From a virus (Duplodnaviria; Caudoviricetes): a DNA stretch of 57,954 bases. The position numbers were made by a program, and so were the translations under genes. Location: IMG/VR virus record IMGVR_UViG_3300029171_000007, positions 1 to 57,954 of that record. One strand, written 5' to 3'. Shown one piece after another: positions 28,246-37,756 of this stretch. Below the pieces are notes generated by a model. The model saw nothing but the letters and a program-made list of their open reading frames with translations, was not told the DNA's origin and did not search any database. Every line of letters begins with the position of its first letter. Position 1 is the stretch's first letter.

Positions 28246-29214
28246 TTAAAGGCTTCCACAGCTTTCGCCCTTGAAGGCGCCAGCGGGAAGTTCCCAGTTT
28301 TTTATGATGATTGGTGATATAAACTCGCTCATTGCCTCGCCCTGCCATCTGCTTGTGGCGTGCCAGGGCATAATGGATTTGCCTTCTTTTGCTTTCTGAT
28401 AAATGGACTTCCCTTTATAAAGCGTGAACCCAAGGTCTTCCTCTATTCCCGCAATCTTCACTATCCTTGATGGTGAAAGCTGCTCAATGGAAGCCCAGAT
28501 ATTTGCGCTGCCAAAAATACACGTCATGCAGCTGCACCGGCCCCATCCCAATTCATAGCATGGGTGTGGCTGCACGAGGTTCTTTTCGATGATGTCCCAG
28601 ACGTGGGATTCTTCCCAGTCGATGATGGGCCGAAAATGTACCGTAGGCCTGCGCCTTGAATTGGTCGCGTGGACTTGCTCCTGTACATACTTTGACCTTG
28701 CGGGGCTTTCCTCCCACCTCTCCCCGGTGCATACAAGCAAGTCGCCCGTAGGATAGGCCGTAGAAATTACCCGTTTGAGCACGTCAATTTTGACAACTGC
28801 GCTACACCAGCGCGTCATCAGGTCGGCGGACACTGCGGGAAACCTCATGCGCGTGGAAGAACCTTTATTGCTTTCCAATTTGTGGAACCTGCCGCCCATT
28901 CTTGATTGAAAATAAACGGGCTGCAGGCCTTCGTTTTGGCGGTAAATCTCCCGCGTAATCCCGCCTTCGCGGTAGCTAAAGAACAGCTTCAACCCAAAAG
29001 CTTTGGCAAAAGCAGTACAGTAAGATTCCGTGCAAGGCCAATCCCAGATGGGCGTTTCATTCTTACCATCCACCAAGTGATGGTGAAGATGGATTCGGTC
29101 TCGGTCAATTCCAAGGGAAAGCAAATAGAGTACCATGGCCACACTATCTTTCCCACCGCTAAAAGCGACGATGATAGGGCAATTAGTTTCGTGCATTAAT
29201 TGTGTCGCGGTCAT
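28246..29214 (-). CDS. PAPS-reductase-family PP-loop protein with Cys motifs
   Basis: AFSGGKDS, RWCSAVVK, GERWEESPARS, RPIIDW, GRCSCMTC. Confidence 0.87.
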   Translation of the reverse strand: MTATQLMHETNCPIIVAFSGGKDSVAMVLYLLSLGIDRDRIHLHHHLVDGKNETPIWDWPCTESYCTAFAKAFGLKLFFSYREGGITREIYRQNEGLQPVYFQSRMGGRFHKLESNKGSSTRMRFPAVSADLMTRWCSAVVKIDVLKRVISTAYPTGDLLVCTGERWEESPARSKYVQEQVHATNSRRRPTVHFRPIIDWEESHVWDIIEKNLVQPHPCYELGWGRCSCMTCIFGSANIWASIEQLSPSRIVKIAGIEEDLGFTLYKGKSIYQKAKEGKSIMPWHATSRWQGEAMSEFISPIIIKNWELPAGAFKGESCGSL

Positions 29215-29215
29215 A

Positions 29216-29998
29216 TCAAAAAAGGCTTAATTGTGATTGGGGTTTGGTTGGTTTGGGGTTCGGCTTTGGTTCAGCCTTTGGCGGGGGTGCCGCCCTCAAT
29301 TCGTTTTGCCTCATAATCTCCCCCCAATAAATCTCCTTGACGTGGTCAGTGTCCATCTTGAAAACCTTTGGCACCCACTGGCCAAAAATATTCATAACTT
29401 TTATCTCCCACGCATTGAACACCTCGGGCCATAGCCCATTGCCGTGAATGATCATTGCCGGCACGGAGTTCATGGCCAAGTTGAGCACCGCCATTTGACA
29501 GCACTGATAGTCCAAGTCTACGCCGACAAAATGGTGCATGGCCCTGCTTTCTTGAAGTATCTCGGCACAAGCCAAGAGCATCCTTCCAGAACCACATCCA
29601 CACAAATCGCCAATGCGCAGAGGTCTTTCGGGGTCAAGGTCTTTCAATGTCATCTGTGCCATCATTTTCGCGATGGGCATGGGTGTGAAGAACTGGCCCA
29701 TTCTATCGCTAGAGGAACAGCACATGTAGGCATCGCCCAAAACATCTTCCCATCCCTCGTTATACTCCCCCGCTTGCGTGACCATGCGGAACAAGAACTG
29801 CTTTTCTTCGTCCGTTAAGTCCTTCGTTTCGCGGTCGTACTGCTCGGACATCTCACCGTGCGAAAAGATATAGAGGCCAGTCGCCAATAGCATCTGGAGC
29901 TTTTGGGGCGCACGGTATCGGTGGATTTGCGTATCGAGTTCCTTCACGAACTTTTCACCATTGGCGAACAAGCCCGGAACTACTGGTTTATTTTTCAT
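29216..29998 (-). CDS. Short N6-adenine methyltransferase-like (HsdM-like) protein lacking motif IV
   Basis: GQFFTP, DLCGCGSGRML, GVDLD, HGNGL; no NPP(Y/F) in the translation. Confidence 0.8.
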   Translation of the reverse strand: MKNKPVVPGLFANGEKFVKELDTQIHRYRAPQKLQMLLATGLYIFSHGEMSEQYDRETKDLTDEEKQFLFRMVTQAGEYNEGWEDVLGDAYMCCSSSDRMGQFFTPMPIAKMMAQMTLKDLDPERPLRIGDLCGCGSGRMLLACAEILQESRAMHHFVGVDLDYQCCQMAVLNLAMNSVPAMIIHGNGLWPEVFNAWEIKVMNIFGQWVPKVFKMDTDHVKEIYWGEIMRQNELRAAPPPKAEPKPNPKPTKPQSQLSLF

Positions 29999-30066
29999 GT
30001 CTATCGTGGTTGATGTTGCAAAGATAATAAGGATTTATTACAAAGTGAAATATTGCGAAAAATATT

Positions 30067-30693
30067 TTACAAATTCCCCTCATCGGCAAAGCTGTAGAAC
30101 ATGGTCTCGGTCATGATGATGTGGTCTAATAGCTGAATGTCGAACACCTCGGAAGCCCTGACGAGCTTTCTTGTCAAGTCCAAGTCGGACTGTGACGGCC
30201 TTGGGTCTCCGGAGGGATGGTTGTGGAAAAGCATCACGGCCGTGCAATGTCTTTCGATGGCGGGCCTCAATATCTTCTGGGGGCAAACGAGTGTGCCGGC
30301 AATGGTGCCGACCGAAATCAACTCCTCGTGTACCACTATGCTTTTCCTGTTCAAATAAAGGCACCAAAATTCTTCATGGGCCAAATCCGCGAACCGTGGC
30401 CGCATTATCAAATACCCATCCCTTGAGGTGACGATCTGCCGCGTGGGGTGCTCGGACGAGTTGATGCGCCTGGCCAATTCGAAGGCCGTCGCTATCACCT
30501 CGGATTTGCCCCTGCCAATGCCCACGAGCGCATGAATCTCGTCGGCGGTCATACGCGCCAGTAAGCGCAAGTTGTGGCCACACCGCATCAATAGCGCACG
30601 CGCAAGGGCCTGCGAGGTCGGGTTGTCTTGGCTCCCTATTAGGCGTGCGATTAGGTCCACGTCCCGGAGGGCGCGGGTGTTGTACTTATCCAT
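30067..30693 (-). CDS. radC: RadC-family JAB/MPN protein
   Basis: HhH GIGRGK, HEEF, HNHPSGDPRPSQSD, LLDHII. Confidence 0.93.
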   Translation of the reverse strand: MDKYNTRALRDVDLIARLIGSQDNPTSQALARALLMRCGHNLRLLARMTADEIHALVGIGRGKSEVIATAFELARRINSSEHPTRQIVTSRDGYLIMRPRFADLAHEEFWCLYLNRKSIVVHEELISVGTIAGTLVCPQKILRPAIERHCTAVMLFHNHPSGDPRPSQSDLDLTRKLVRASEVFDIQLLDHIIMTETMFYSFADEGNL

Positions 30694-30703
30694 CGTGGTT
30701 GAA

Positions 30704-30729
30704 ATAAAAAAGGGAGGCCGAAGCCTCCC
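30704..30729 (-). terminator. Intrinsic terminator
   Basis: GGGAGGC-TTCG-GCCTCCC-TTTTTT on the minus strand. Confidence 0.85.
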
Positions 30730-30747
30730 AGATGTGAACGATTTTGT

Positions 30748-31602
30748 TTAGGACTTTTCCACCATTTCGACGACCGCGAAAAACTTGGTCATGTTGTGGA
30801 AGTAGGAGCGATTGGGCGCCCCCTTGGGGTAGTTGAGCAAGATGCCTTCTTTCCAGTCGTGGACAAACTCGATGCCCTTGGAGTTGAAAATTTTGGCCTC
30901 TTTGTGCGCTGTCAAGAAGGCAAGGAGTTCTTCCATCGTGGCGATGGCCTTGAACGTTTCCGCTTCTGTGTCGCACTCATAGCCCTTGACGAACTGTTCT
31001 ACGGTCGGGTTGACCTTTCCCCCCTTCCAATCCCAGATAACGTTGTAGGCGAAATCCTGTGAGAAAATAGGCAAGCCACGGGAAACAAGTCCTACCGTGG
31101 TGGCAAATGCTTCCTTGTGCTTTTCAAGGAACGCCGCCCAGCTTTGGAAGTCCTTCACCGTTTCGGCGATTTCTTCCGTCAGGTCGGCACGGTAGGCGAT
31201 AGTGAGTCCATTGCGGTCGTGCTTCACGGTGAGCGCCTTCACTTTCCTTTGCTCGTCCTTTGCAGTTTCCTTTGCAACCTCGGCAGTAACTTCATTTGCG
31301 GGAGCCTCTACTTCCCCCAAATTCAATTCGTCGGACGCTGGCACGATTGCGGCCTGAGCGGATTCGGCTGCCACATTTTCGACCACGTGGAGCTTCATCA
31401 ATTCCGTTAGGATGGCGTTCACCCCACACTTGGCAACGGGACGGTTGGAGCCAGTCAATTCGCCCCAAAGGGCTTGGCGCATGAAGCGCATGGAATCTCC
31501 CGACAACTGCATGGCCAAAATGTCGGACACCTTTTTCTTTTCGCCTTGTGCGGAGAGGGATTTGAGTTCTCCCAAAACTACTGTCAATTCTGCGTGTGTC
31601 AT
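30748..31602 (-). CDS. Hypothetical early protein
   Basis: 284 aa; own promoter at about 31668 and own terminator. Confidence 0.7.
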   Translation of the reverse strand: MTHAELTVVLGELKSLSAQGEKKKVSDILAMQLSGDSMRFMRQALWGELTGSNRPVAKCGVNAILTELMKLHVVENVAAESAQAAIVPASDELNLGEVEAPANEVTAEVAKETAKDEQRKVKALTVKHDRNGLTIAYRADLTEEIAETVKDFQSWAAFLEKHKEAFATTVGLVSRGLPIFSQDFAYNVIWDWKGGKVNPTVEQFVKGYECDTEAETFKAIATMEELLAFLTAHKEAKIFNSKGIEFVHDWKEGILLNYPKGAPNRSYFHNMTKFFAVVEMVEKS

Positions 31603-31772
31603 AAAACAAAAATTAAAAAGTTAAATAAAAAAGATATGTATTCGCCTCAGCTTTAACGCTTTGGTATTGCAAAGATAATAAGACAATGCGGATACCGCAA
31701 ATCTTTTTGCATATTTTTTGAAAATATTTTCGTTTATTTTTTTGATACTTAGATACTTGACTGTACCACAAT

Positions 31773-31804
31773 AGAAAAGCGGGCCGTCCCTTCGAACGAC
31801 CCGC
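31773..31804 (-). terminator. Intrinsic terminator ending the head/holin operon
   Basis: GCGGGTCGT...ACGGCCCGC-TTTT on the minus strand. Confidence 0.7.
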
Positions 31805-31829
31805 CCACTATTTCCAATACAAATGACCC

Positions 31830-32393
31830 TTAATCTTTGGGGGGCGATGAAACCCCCTTTAGCTTCTCCTTAAAAAACGCTTTGAGGTACCCCGTGATGT
31901 CGATTCCGGTAATTTCCGAGGCGTTTCGGATGTTGCTCTTAAACTCGACCATGCAGATAAAGCACGCGATGCAGTAGGTCAGGTAGTTGCCAGATGGCCA
32001 AAAGACAATGTCCATCCCGTGCGACAAAAGTATCGTCGCCGAGTAATAAATGAACTTGTCCAGCGTCTGTTTGAGCCGCCCAGGCGTCACCGTCTCCTTG
32101 CGCTTCACCGCGGCCCTCAGCCCCGATATGACGTCGGCGGCGACCAGCACCATGGAAAGCACTACAAAGTGAATGATAGGCGTCACAAACGCCAATGTAG
32201 CCGCCATTATCACGGCCGCTATGTTCTCAAAAGTGAATGGTGGATCCCCCATAAAAAGTAGTTTTAGTTTGGTTTGTTGATGGACTGCCACGGCCCCGCT
32301 GAGAAATGCCGGGCTTTCGTCGCTTTTATTATTGTCCGATTCGGGACGTGTTTGTGCTACCGACACAATGGCTGAGAATGGATTCTTGTTCAT
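31830..32393 (-). CDS. Holin (phage holin 4-like)
   Basis: Three TM segments; D.ISG...A, K...Y, E.KS..N motifs. Start uncertain. Confidence 0.75.
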   Translation of the reverse strand: MNKNPFSAIVSVAQTRPESDNNKSDESPAFLSGAVAVHQQTKLKLLFMGDPPFTFENIAAVIMAATLAFVTPIIHFVVLSMVLVAADVISGLRAAVKRKETVTPGRLKQTLDKFIYYSATILLSHGMDIVFWPSGNYLTYCIACFICMVEFKSNIRNASEITGIDITGYLKAFFKEKLKGVSSPPKD

Positions 32394-32499
32394 GTCTTAG
32401 GGGGGATTGAAGCTTGCCTTAATCTTTATAACCAGAACGCCCGGACAAGGGCCTATTGACCAATGCCCGGGCGTTGTTTTTCTCTTTTGCCTTACTTGC

Positions 32500-33276
32500 T
32501 TAGGATACAAGCACCCAGCTGGTGATTGCTTGTGTCGTGCCATTCTCTTTGCAGATGATACCACCAGAGGTGATTTCTTCGGACGCGCCGATAATGAACA
32601 CTTCCACCGTGATTGTGCCAGAGTCCAATGCGTAGTTTGCCGCGCCAGTGGACGATTCGCGGGTAACAGATACGGTACCAGTAATGCCTGCGGCCGCAAT
32701 TGCGGCTTCCACAACGGCTTCCATAGCGCCCCCAAGTTGGAGCTTGCTTGAGCCCGCATCGGCAGTAACGGTGCCGTTAATGTTCACGCTGGTGAGCGTG
32801 TCATTCGTGGCGTTGCTGTCACCGGTATAGGTAATCGTGGTTTTGTACACGCGGAAAGGCACGGCGGGTTCAGGGTCGCAAGTCGGAGTGAATTCCAATG
32901 GCGTGCCATCGCTGATCAACAACTCGTCAAAGCTGAGGTTGCTCAAGTCAGTGTCGATATTGAGCTCGCCGGCAGTGGCGTTGTAAACCACGGACACGTC
33001 GTCGGCCGTGTAGCCTGCCGTGTTGATGGCCGCCTTAATGGCCGCTTCCAAAGCTTCGGCATTGGTCGGGCTGATGGGGCTTGGGAACATGTACGTAACG
33101 CCACCAAGGACAATGCCCGTAATAAAGGTAGTAAGCTCAGCGGGCGAGTCAATCGTCAGCGCATAAGAGCAGGTGGGAGCTGCCGCGTTTTGGTCGCAGC
33201 AGATGTTTAAGTCGGTGGTCATTTGCAAGGCATTGCCCGGGTTGGTGGGGTGCGTCGCGACTTTTTGCAAAATCAT
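32500..33276 (-). CDS. Putative virion structural/decoration protein
   Basis: Thr/Ala/Ser-rich beta protein in the head operon with two similar sub-domains. Confidence 0.55.
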   Translation of the reverse strand: MILQKVATHPTNPGNALQMTTDLNICCDQNAAAPTCSYALTIDSPAELTTFITGIVLGGVTYMFPSPISPTNAEALEAAIKAAINTAGYTADDVSVVYNATAGELNIDTDLSNLSFDELLISDGTPLEFTPTCDPEPAVPFRVYKTTITYTGDSNATNDTLTSVNINGTVTADAGSSKLQLGGAMEAVVEAAIAAAGITGTVSVTRESSTGAANYALDSGTITVEVFIIGASEEITSGGIICKENGTTQAITSWVLVS

Positions 33277-33316
33277 AGGTTATGAGATTTTTAAGTTTGA
33301 AACAATTTTATGAATG

Positions 33317-33580
33317 TCACCATTTGGGCGGGTCTGCCGCGCATCTGGTCAATACCTTGGTGCCTTTCGCCAGTCCTTCGACTGGGTCATATTTTAGCGA
33401 GGCTTTGAAATCCATGAAGCAATGGCAGATGCCACAGTTCCTGAGCGCATGGTTAAACTGGGGGCACCCCTCGCAGATGCTCACCCTTATCTTTTTGTCA
33501 ACCTCGGCGACGTACTCCAGCTTAAGACCATTTTCCTTGAAGTATTGCGCCGCTTTCTGTATCCTTTCGGTTAGGCTCAT
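33317..33580 (-). CDS. Small Cys-rich protein
   Basis: R.SICEGC...CGICHCF...K...C....KW. Confidence 0.7.
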   Translation of the reverse strand: MSLTERIQKAAQYFKENGLKLEYVAEVDKKIRVSICEGCPQFNHALRNCGICHCFMDFKASLKYDPVEGLAKGTKVLTRCAADPPKW

Positions 33581-34281
33581 GGCTTGTCGTTGTAAACCGC
33601 GAACCTAGACCCGCGTGTGTTGAAACCAAAATGCCTTTTCTTTTTGATTTGCGCACAAGTGCCATCCTTGCAATCTGACGACGTCGTCGTTTCGTTGGGT
33701 GGGTATAAAGGAAACTTGGTCGGGTCGCGCTTCAAGTAGATGTCCATGTTTCGCAAGATGTCTTTGATGTCGAGCATCGCTTCTTTCTTGACGGCGTAAA
33801 GCTCGTCAAGCTCCGCTGGGTCTGCTTCCACCGACTTGCGCCTTACCAAGCCAATGCTTGTGTCCTTGATGGCCCTGTAGAGCACCGACGTGTAGATGAC
33901 CGACCAGGCTATGAGCTTTCTCAGGTAGCGTTCCCAAAAGAAGTTATAATCGGAATTGGCAAACTTTGGGGCCGGTATCCAATAGTTGAGGTTGGAAGGC
34001 AGTTGGTCGGTCGTGATGGCCGTGCACTTGTACAACATTCCGTCCCAAATCACCACGTCGCCGACAGCATAAGGGTGCACCTCGATAAATGCCGACGCGC
34101 TGGAGTAATCAACTTTGTCCTCAAGAAGCGCGACGTAGAAATCCCATCCAAGACAATCGTTGAACAACTTCTCCTCCTTGGTGGCAATATGCGCGCACAT
34201 GGCCCAAGCATCGTTGTGCGAGTCCGTGGGCGCGTAAATTATCACCTCGTTGGCGGTTATCAGTGTATCGCTTGCGTTCAT
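33577..34281 (-). CDS. Putative head-tail adaptor with inserted CBM5/12-like module
   Basis: Directly after the portal; LG..FY motif; insert YAVGDVVIWDGMLYKC...YW. Confidence 0.55.
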   Translation of the reverse strand: MNASDTLITANEVIIYAPTDSHNDAWAMCAHIATKEEKLFNDCLGWDFYVALLEDKVDYSSASAFIEVHPYAVGDVVIWDGMLYKCTAITTDQLPSNLNYWIPAPKFANSDYNFFWERYLRKLIAWSVIYTSVLYRAIKDTSIGLVRRKSVEADPAELDELYAVKKEAMLDIKDILRNMDIYLKRDPTKFPLYPPNETTTSSDCKDGTCAQIKKKRHFGFNTRGSRFAVYNDKP

Positions 34282-35573
34282 GCCTTTGGCGCGGTTTTTT
34301 CGGTGGGCGTCAATTGGGCCTCAAGCATCTGCTTAAAGATGTTTGTCAGCCCAAGCGTGAGAGAGTCGGGGTTAGCGTAACCAAGCCATTCTTGGGCAAT
34401 TTTCAAAGCCATCCGAATAGGCTCCAGCGTTTCTTCTTGGGCGGGCTTGATTACCGTGTAGTACTTGTTCCTGAACACCTCAAGAAACTTGCTCCCGGAG
34501 TTTCCCCCCAGGCCCTCGCGGGTATCCATGAAAAGAATCGGGTGCCAGTTGTGCGACTTGATGATTTGCTTTTCGCTGATCGTGCCCATGGCCTCATGAA
34601 ACTTTTCGTTGGTGTTCGGCTGAAACTGGGTGATCTCCGTTTTTGCCATTCCAGGCGTACGGTTGCGGAGCACAAAAGACTTCTTGTTGTCGCCCTTGTT
34701 CGTGAACGTATCAATCAGAGCAAGGTCGAGACTGTCGTCGTCGTCCTCGTCCTCGTCGTCGCCTTCCGTCTCGATAAAGACCTTGGCCGTCCAGTCGTTG
34801 GCGTAGCCGTCAACCGTGAACCGTCCTTGCTGATACTCCAGGTACTGGTAGTAAAGCGACTGGACGCTGTCAGGGAGGCCATACCAAGGGCGACCTACGA
34901 CGTAGTTCTTCACGTGGATCATCGTGCGTACCGTTCCATCTTCCTCTACCATTTCGGCGGGGTACATGGGAACGGGGCGAGGCGTGTACTTTGAGAGATA
35001 ATCCCAAGTCCAGCTGGGCGAGACCAACACCACGCGGTGCTCGTTGATGCCGGTGATGAGAAAACGGCACTCGTCGCAGTCGTGGACATGGAAATGAATC
35101 GACCTTTGACCGGCCACTTCCGTTTTGACCACTTCATAGAACACATTGCCATAGGTTTTCTTGTTCTCCAGTATCGCGTTTGCGTCAACCATCAACTTTG
35201 CAAAGTCGGTGAACGACAAAATAAAGTCAACGTATGAAGCGCGCTCCGCGGCCGACACTTCGACCATCTCCGCCTCCGTCTGGGCAAGCCCGGGTATCTT
35301 GTTCCGTATCACGTCAAAGTCACCGCCCAGGGCGTAACTCTTGATGGAGTCGATACAAGAGCCCTGAGTCGTGCTCAGGGTGCGCATCCTTTCAAAGAAC
35401 TTGAGCGAGGCGTCTCCGCCCTCAAAAAACGGCACGTAAGGCAATATCCGATAGGCGAGGATAGAGTCCTTTGGGTCGCGGAGCTCGTCCGCAATGGGAG
35501 ACCATACGTCGCACAAGGCAGACGCTTTATTACGCCTGCCACCGCCTTTGATATTTGCCGTACCAGCAGTCAT
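34278..35573 (-). CDS. Portal protein
   Basis: 431 aa; YGN.FYEV, WYGLPD, II.SH..HP.L patterns of Bacteroidota phage portals. Confidence 0.75.
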   Translation of the reverse strand: MTAGTANIKGGGRRNKASALCDVWSPIADELRDPKDSILAYRILPYVPFFEGGDASLKFFERMRTLSTTQGSCIDSIKSYALGGDFDVIRNKIPGLAQTEAEMVEVSAAERASYVDFILSFTDFAKLMVDANAILENKKTYGNVFYEVVKTEVAGQRSIHFHVHDCDECRFLITGINEHRVVLVSPSWTWDYLSKYTPRPVPMYPAEMVEEDGTVRTMIHVKNYVVGRPWYGLPDSVQSLYYQYLEYQQGRFTVDGYANDWTAKVFIETEGDDEDEDDDDSLDLALIDTFTNKGDNKKSFVLRNRTPGMAKTEITQFQPNTNEKFHEAMGTISEKQIIKSHNWHPILFMDTREGLGGNSGSKFLEVFRNKYYTVIKPAQEETLEPIRMALKIAQEWLGYANPDSLTLGLTNIFKQMLEAQLTPTEKTAPKA

Positions 35574-35576
35574 TTA

Positions 35577-35903
35577 CTAAGCCTTTTTGCCGGGGGTGAA
35601 ACCTTCGGGGTAGTCAAAGAACTTGGCGTAAGCCGCGGAATGCTCCAGCAAGCTTTTGATTTCTTCGGGCGTGATGACGGGAGCCGACATCATTTCCTTT
35701 TTGCCAGTGCGGGGATTGGTGCCCGGATATTGCACGGGCTCGGTGCCATGGGAGCGTGCTCCAATTTTTGGGTGCCAGTGCATCTGGGAATCAACGCCCA
35801 CCAACCTTCCGGTAGTGGAAACCAAATCGGCATCGCGCTTGACCTTGAACCCGGCAAGGGGATTTCCTTTTGGCGCGGGGTTTACTTTTTCGTTGGGGTC
35901 CAT
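35577..35903 (-). CDS. Hypothetical structural-operon protein
   Basis: 108-aa ORF between tail tube and portal. Confidence 0.6.
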   Translation of the reverse strand: MDPNEKVNPAPKGNPLAGFKVKRDADLVSTTGRLVGVDSQMHWHPKIGARSHGTEPVQYPGTNPRTGKKEMMSAPVITPEEIKSLLEHSAAYAKFFDYPEGFTPGKKA

Positions 35904-35925
35904 ATTGAAAAAATGAAATAGTTTT

Positions 35926-35952
35926 AAAATAAGCGGGGGCCGGAGCCCCCGC
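35926..35952 (-). terminator. Intra-operon terminator after capsid/tube genes
   Basis: GCGGGGGC-TCCG-GCCCCCGC-TTATTTT on the minus strand. Confidence 0.75.
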
Positions 35953-35964
35953 CAGTTAAATGTC

Positions 35965-36513
35965 TTAGACCGGAATCACGACGCCGTCAGCGAGGAACAA
36001 AGCGCGGCAGCCGGTATTGGCCACCAAGGTAACGATATTTTCGTTACTGTCGCTCGTTGGGTTTGCGCCCGTGTTCGAAGAACCCGCGCCGGTCACCATG
36101 TCTTCCGTCTGCCAGGTGTCCGTGGCGGGGAAATAGGTGATACCCGCAACGTGGTACTTTCCGTTGTTGTCGCGCACGATGCTGATGTAGCAGCAACAAT
36201 CTTCGAGGGACTCGATGGAGAAGCGCATGGGCGCGTTCTGGTTCGGCTCCACAAAGGAAATCGTTTGCGCAACGTTCTTCGCGTTTTTGTTTTTGCTGAT
36301 TTCTTGGTTGAAGAAACCAGTCCCCTTTTCGAAGGAAATGGGAACAAAAACAGGGTCGGGCTGGGACACGTCCATCGTGATGGTGAGGATCTCGTTGGTG
36401 TCGGCATCGAAGGTAAACTCCAACACGTTCACGCAAGCGGTCACCCAGAGCATATTGATACCGGCACGGCCGGTGCTACAAGTAGCGTTGGTTATTGGTG
36501 CAATCAGGCACAT
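35965..36513 (-). CDS. Putative major tail (tube) protein
   Basis: C....AGI, IVRDNNGKY..AG, TG....D.N...TL pattern; directly after the capsid gene. Confidence 0.65.
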   Translation of the reverse strand: MCLIAPITNATCSTGRAGINMLWVTACVNVLEFTFDADTNEILTITMDVSQPDPVFVPISFEKGTGFFNQEISKNKNAKNVAQTISFVEPNQNAPMRFSIESLEDCCCYISIVRDNNGKYHVAGITYFPATDTWQTEDMVTGAGSSNTGANPTSDSNENIVTLVANTGCRALFLADGVVIPV

Positions 36514-36554
36514 AATCGGTTGACTTTAAAAGGTGATTTGATATGGGTTACCGA

Positions 36555-37721
36555 TTACGCGAATGGGTCTGCGGGGATGGGGTCGGAGTTGTAGGCCGCC
36601 ACCATGAGGCGGTTGTGCGCGATACCGGTGCCCTCGCGGAGCGCGGTGTACATGAAGGTCTTGCCCTTGTCCCTCACGTCATTGGACTGCTGAACGACGA
36701 TGCCGTCAGTTTGTCCGTTGAGAGTAGCAACGTCGGCAGCAATCACCAAGTTTTCCTTGGCGGTGAAGATGGCCCTGAGGTTCTTCGTGTGGCCGTTTTC
36801 GATAGCGCCAACTTCGCTATCAAACATGCGCCATTCTGGCACCTCCATGATGGGGTAGCCATTGTAGGTGTAAACGCCTGGCACCTCGGCGCCGTCGATG
36901 ATCAAGCGATAAGACATGTCCGTGCCTTGGGCGCGGAGGTAGTCCAAATACGCGTTGAAGATGTCCGAGTCCACGAGGAACACGGGCCATTCGGATTTGG
37001 GGCGGTTGCGGTTCCAGTACTGGAGCTCGGGTGCGGCTGCGTTGTACATCGCCTTGAGGAAGTCGGCAACCTTGGTGGGGTCTGCCGCGTAAGTCGTACC
37101 GTCGTAGGTATCCACATAAGGGATGGACGTGTCGGCCACACGGGCCTTGATTTCAGACCACCAGCCGGAGCAGTGCTGCAACATGGCGATGATTTTCTCG
37201 CGCTCGGAAATGGAAAGGCCAGCAAGGTCAACGACCCAGTCGCCACCCTCTTCGTCGAAGTCTTGGTCGCCAAACCAGGCAACCTTATAGAAATCATCGA
37301 CCAAACCTTCACGGAGCAAAAGCACCATGGCGGCCTGAATCTCGCTCAGTTCCGTGGATGCGGACATGACGTTTTGAAGGCGACCGGTCGCTTGAAGATT
37401 GCGAAGGCAACCGCCATCGAATTCGTCGCCGCACATTTCGCCTTCGATTTCGAAGTCGCAGACTTGGACTTCTTCTGGGCGCAATTTGTAACGAACGGTG
37501 GGTGCCCAATTGTTGCAGGAAGTTTTGGGCTTCATGCTATTGGTCGGCTTGGACATGTGCAACATCTTGAACTTATCCTTGACGCCGGTGGCGACATAAT
37601 AAATCCTCATGTTGTTCTGGAGGATGTTGTCGTACTGAAGCATTGGCTCCAACAACAACGTGATGGCCTCCGCGGGGTTCAAGGTCAGGATTTGCCTTGC
37701 GGAAACTACTGCTTGTGGCAT
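36555..37721 (-). CDS. Major capsid protein
   Basis: 388 aa after the protease; AWFGD, YNGYPI; HK97-like size and position. Confidence 0.8.
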   Translation of the reverse strand: MPQAVVSARQILTLNPAEAITLLLEPMLQYDNILQNNMRIYYVATGVKDKFKMLHMSKPTNSMKPKTSCNNWAPTVRYKLRPEEVQVCDFEIEGEMCGDEFDGGCLRNLQATGRLQNVMSASTELSEIQAAMVLLLREGLVDDFYKVAWFGDQDFDEEGGDWVVDLAGLSISEREKIIAMLQHCSGWWSEIKARVADTSIPYVDTYDGTTYAADPTKVADFLKAMYNAAAPELQYWNRNRPKSEWPVFLVDSDIFNAYLDYLRAQGTDMSYRLIIDGAEVPGVYTYNGYPIMEVPEWRMFDSEVGAIENGHTKNLRAIFTAKENLVIAADVATLNGQTDGIVVQQSNDVRDKGKTFMYTALREGTGIAHNRLMVAAYNSDPIPADPFA

Positions 37722-37756
37722 GGTATGATTTTTTAAAACTGATTAAACAATTTGGT

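Noticed and set aside
36543-37736. 397-aa plus-strand ORF (also 12225-13130, 22889-23746, 10233-11153)
   Set aside because: Antisense shadows of capsid, ParB, Sak4-like and lysin genes; no independent expression signals.
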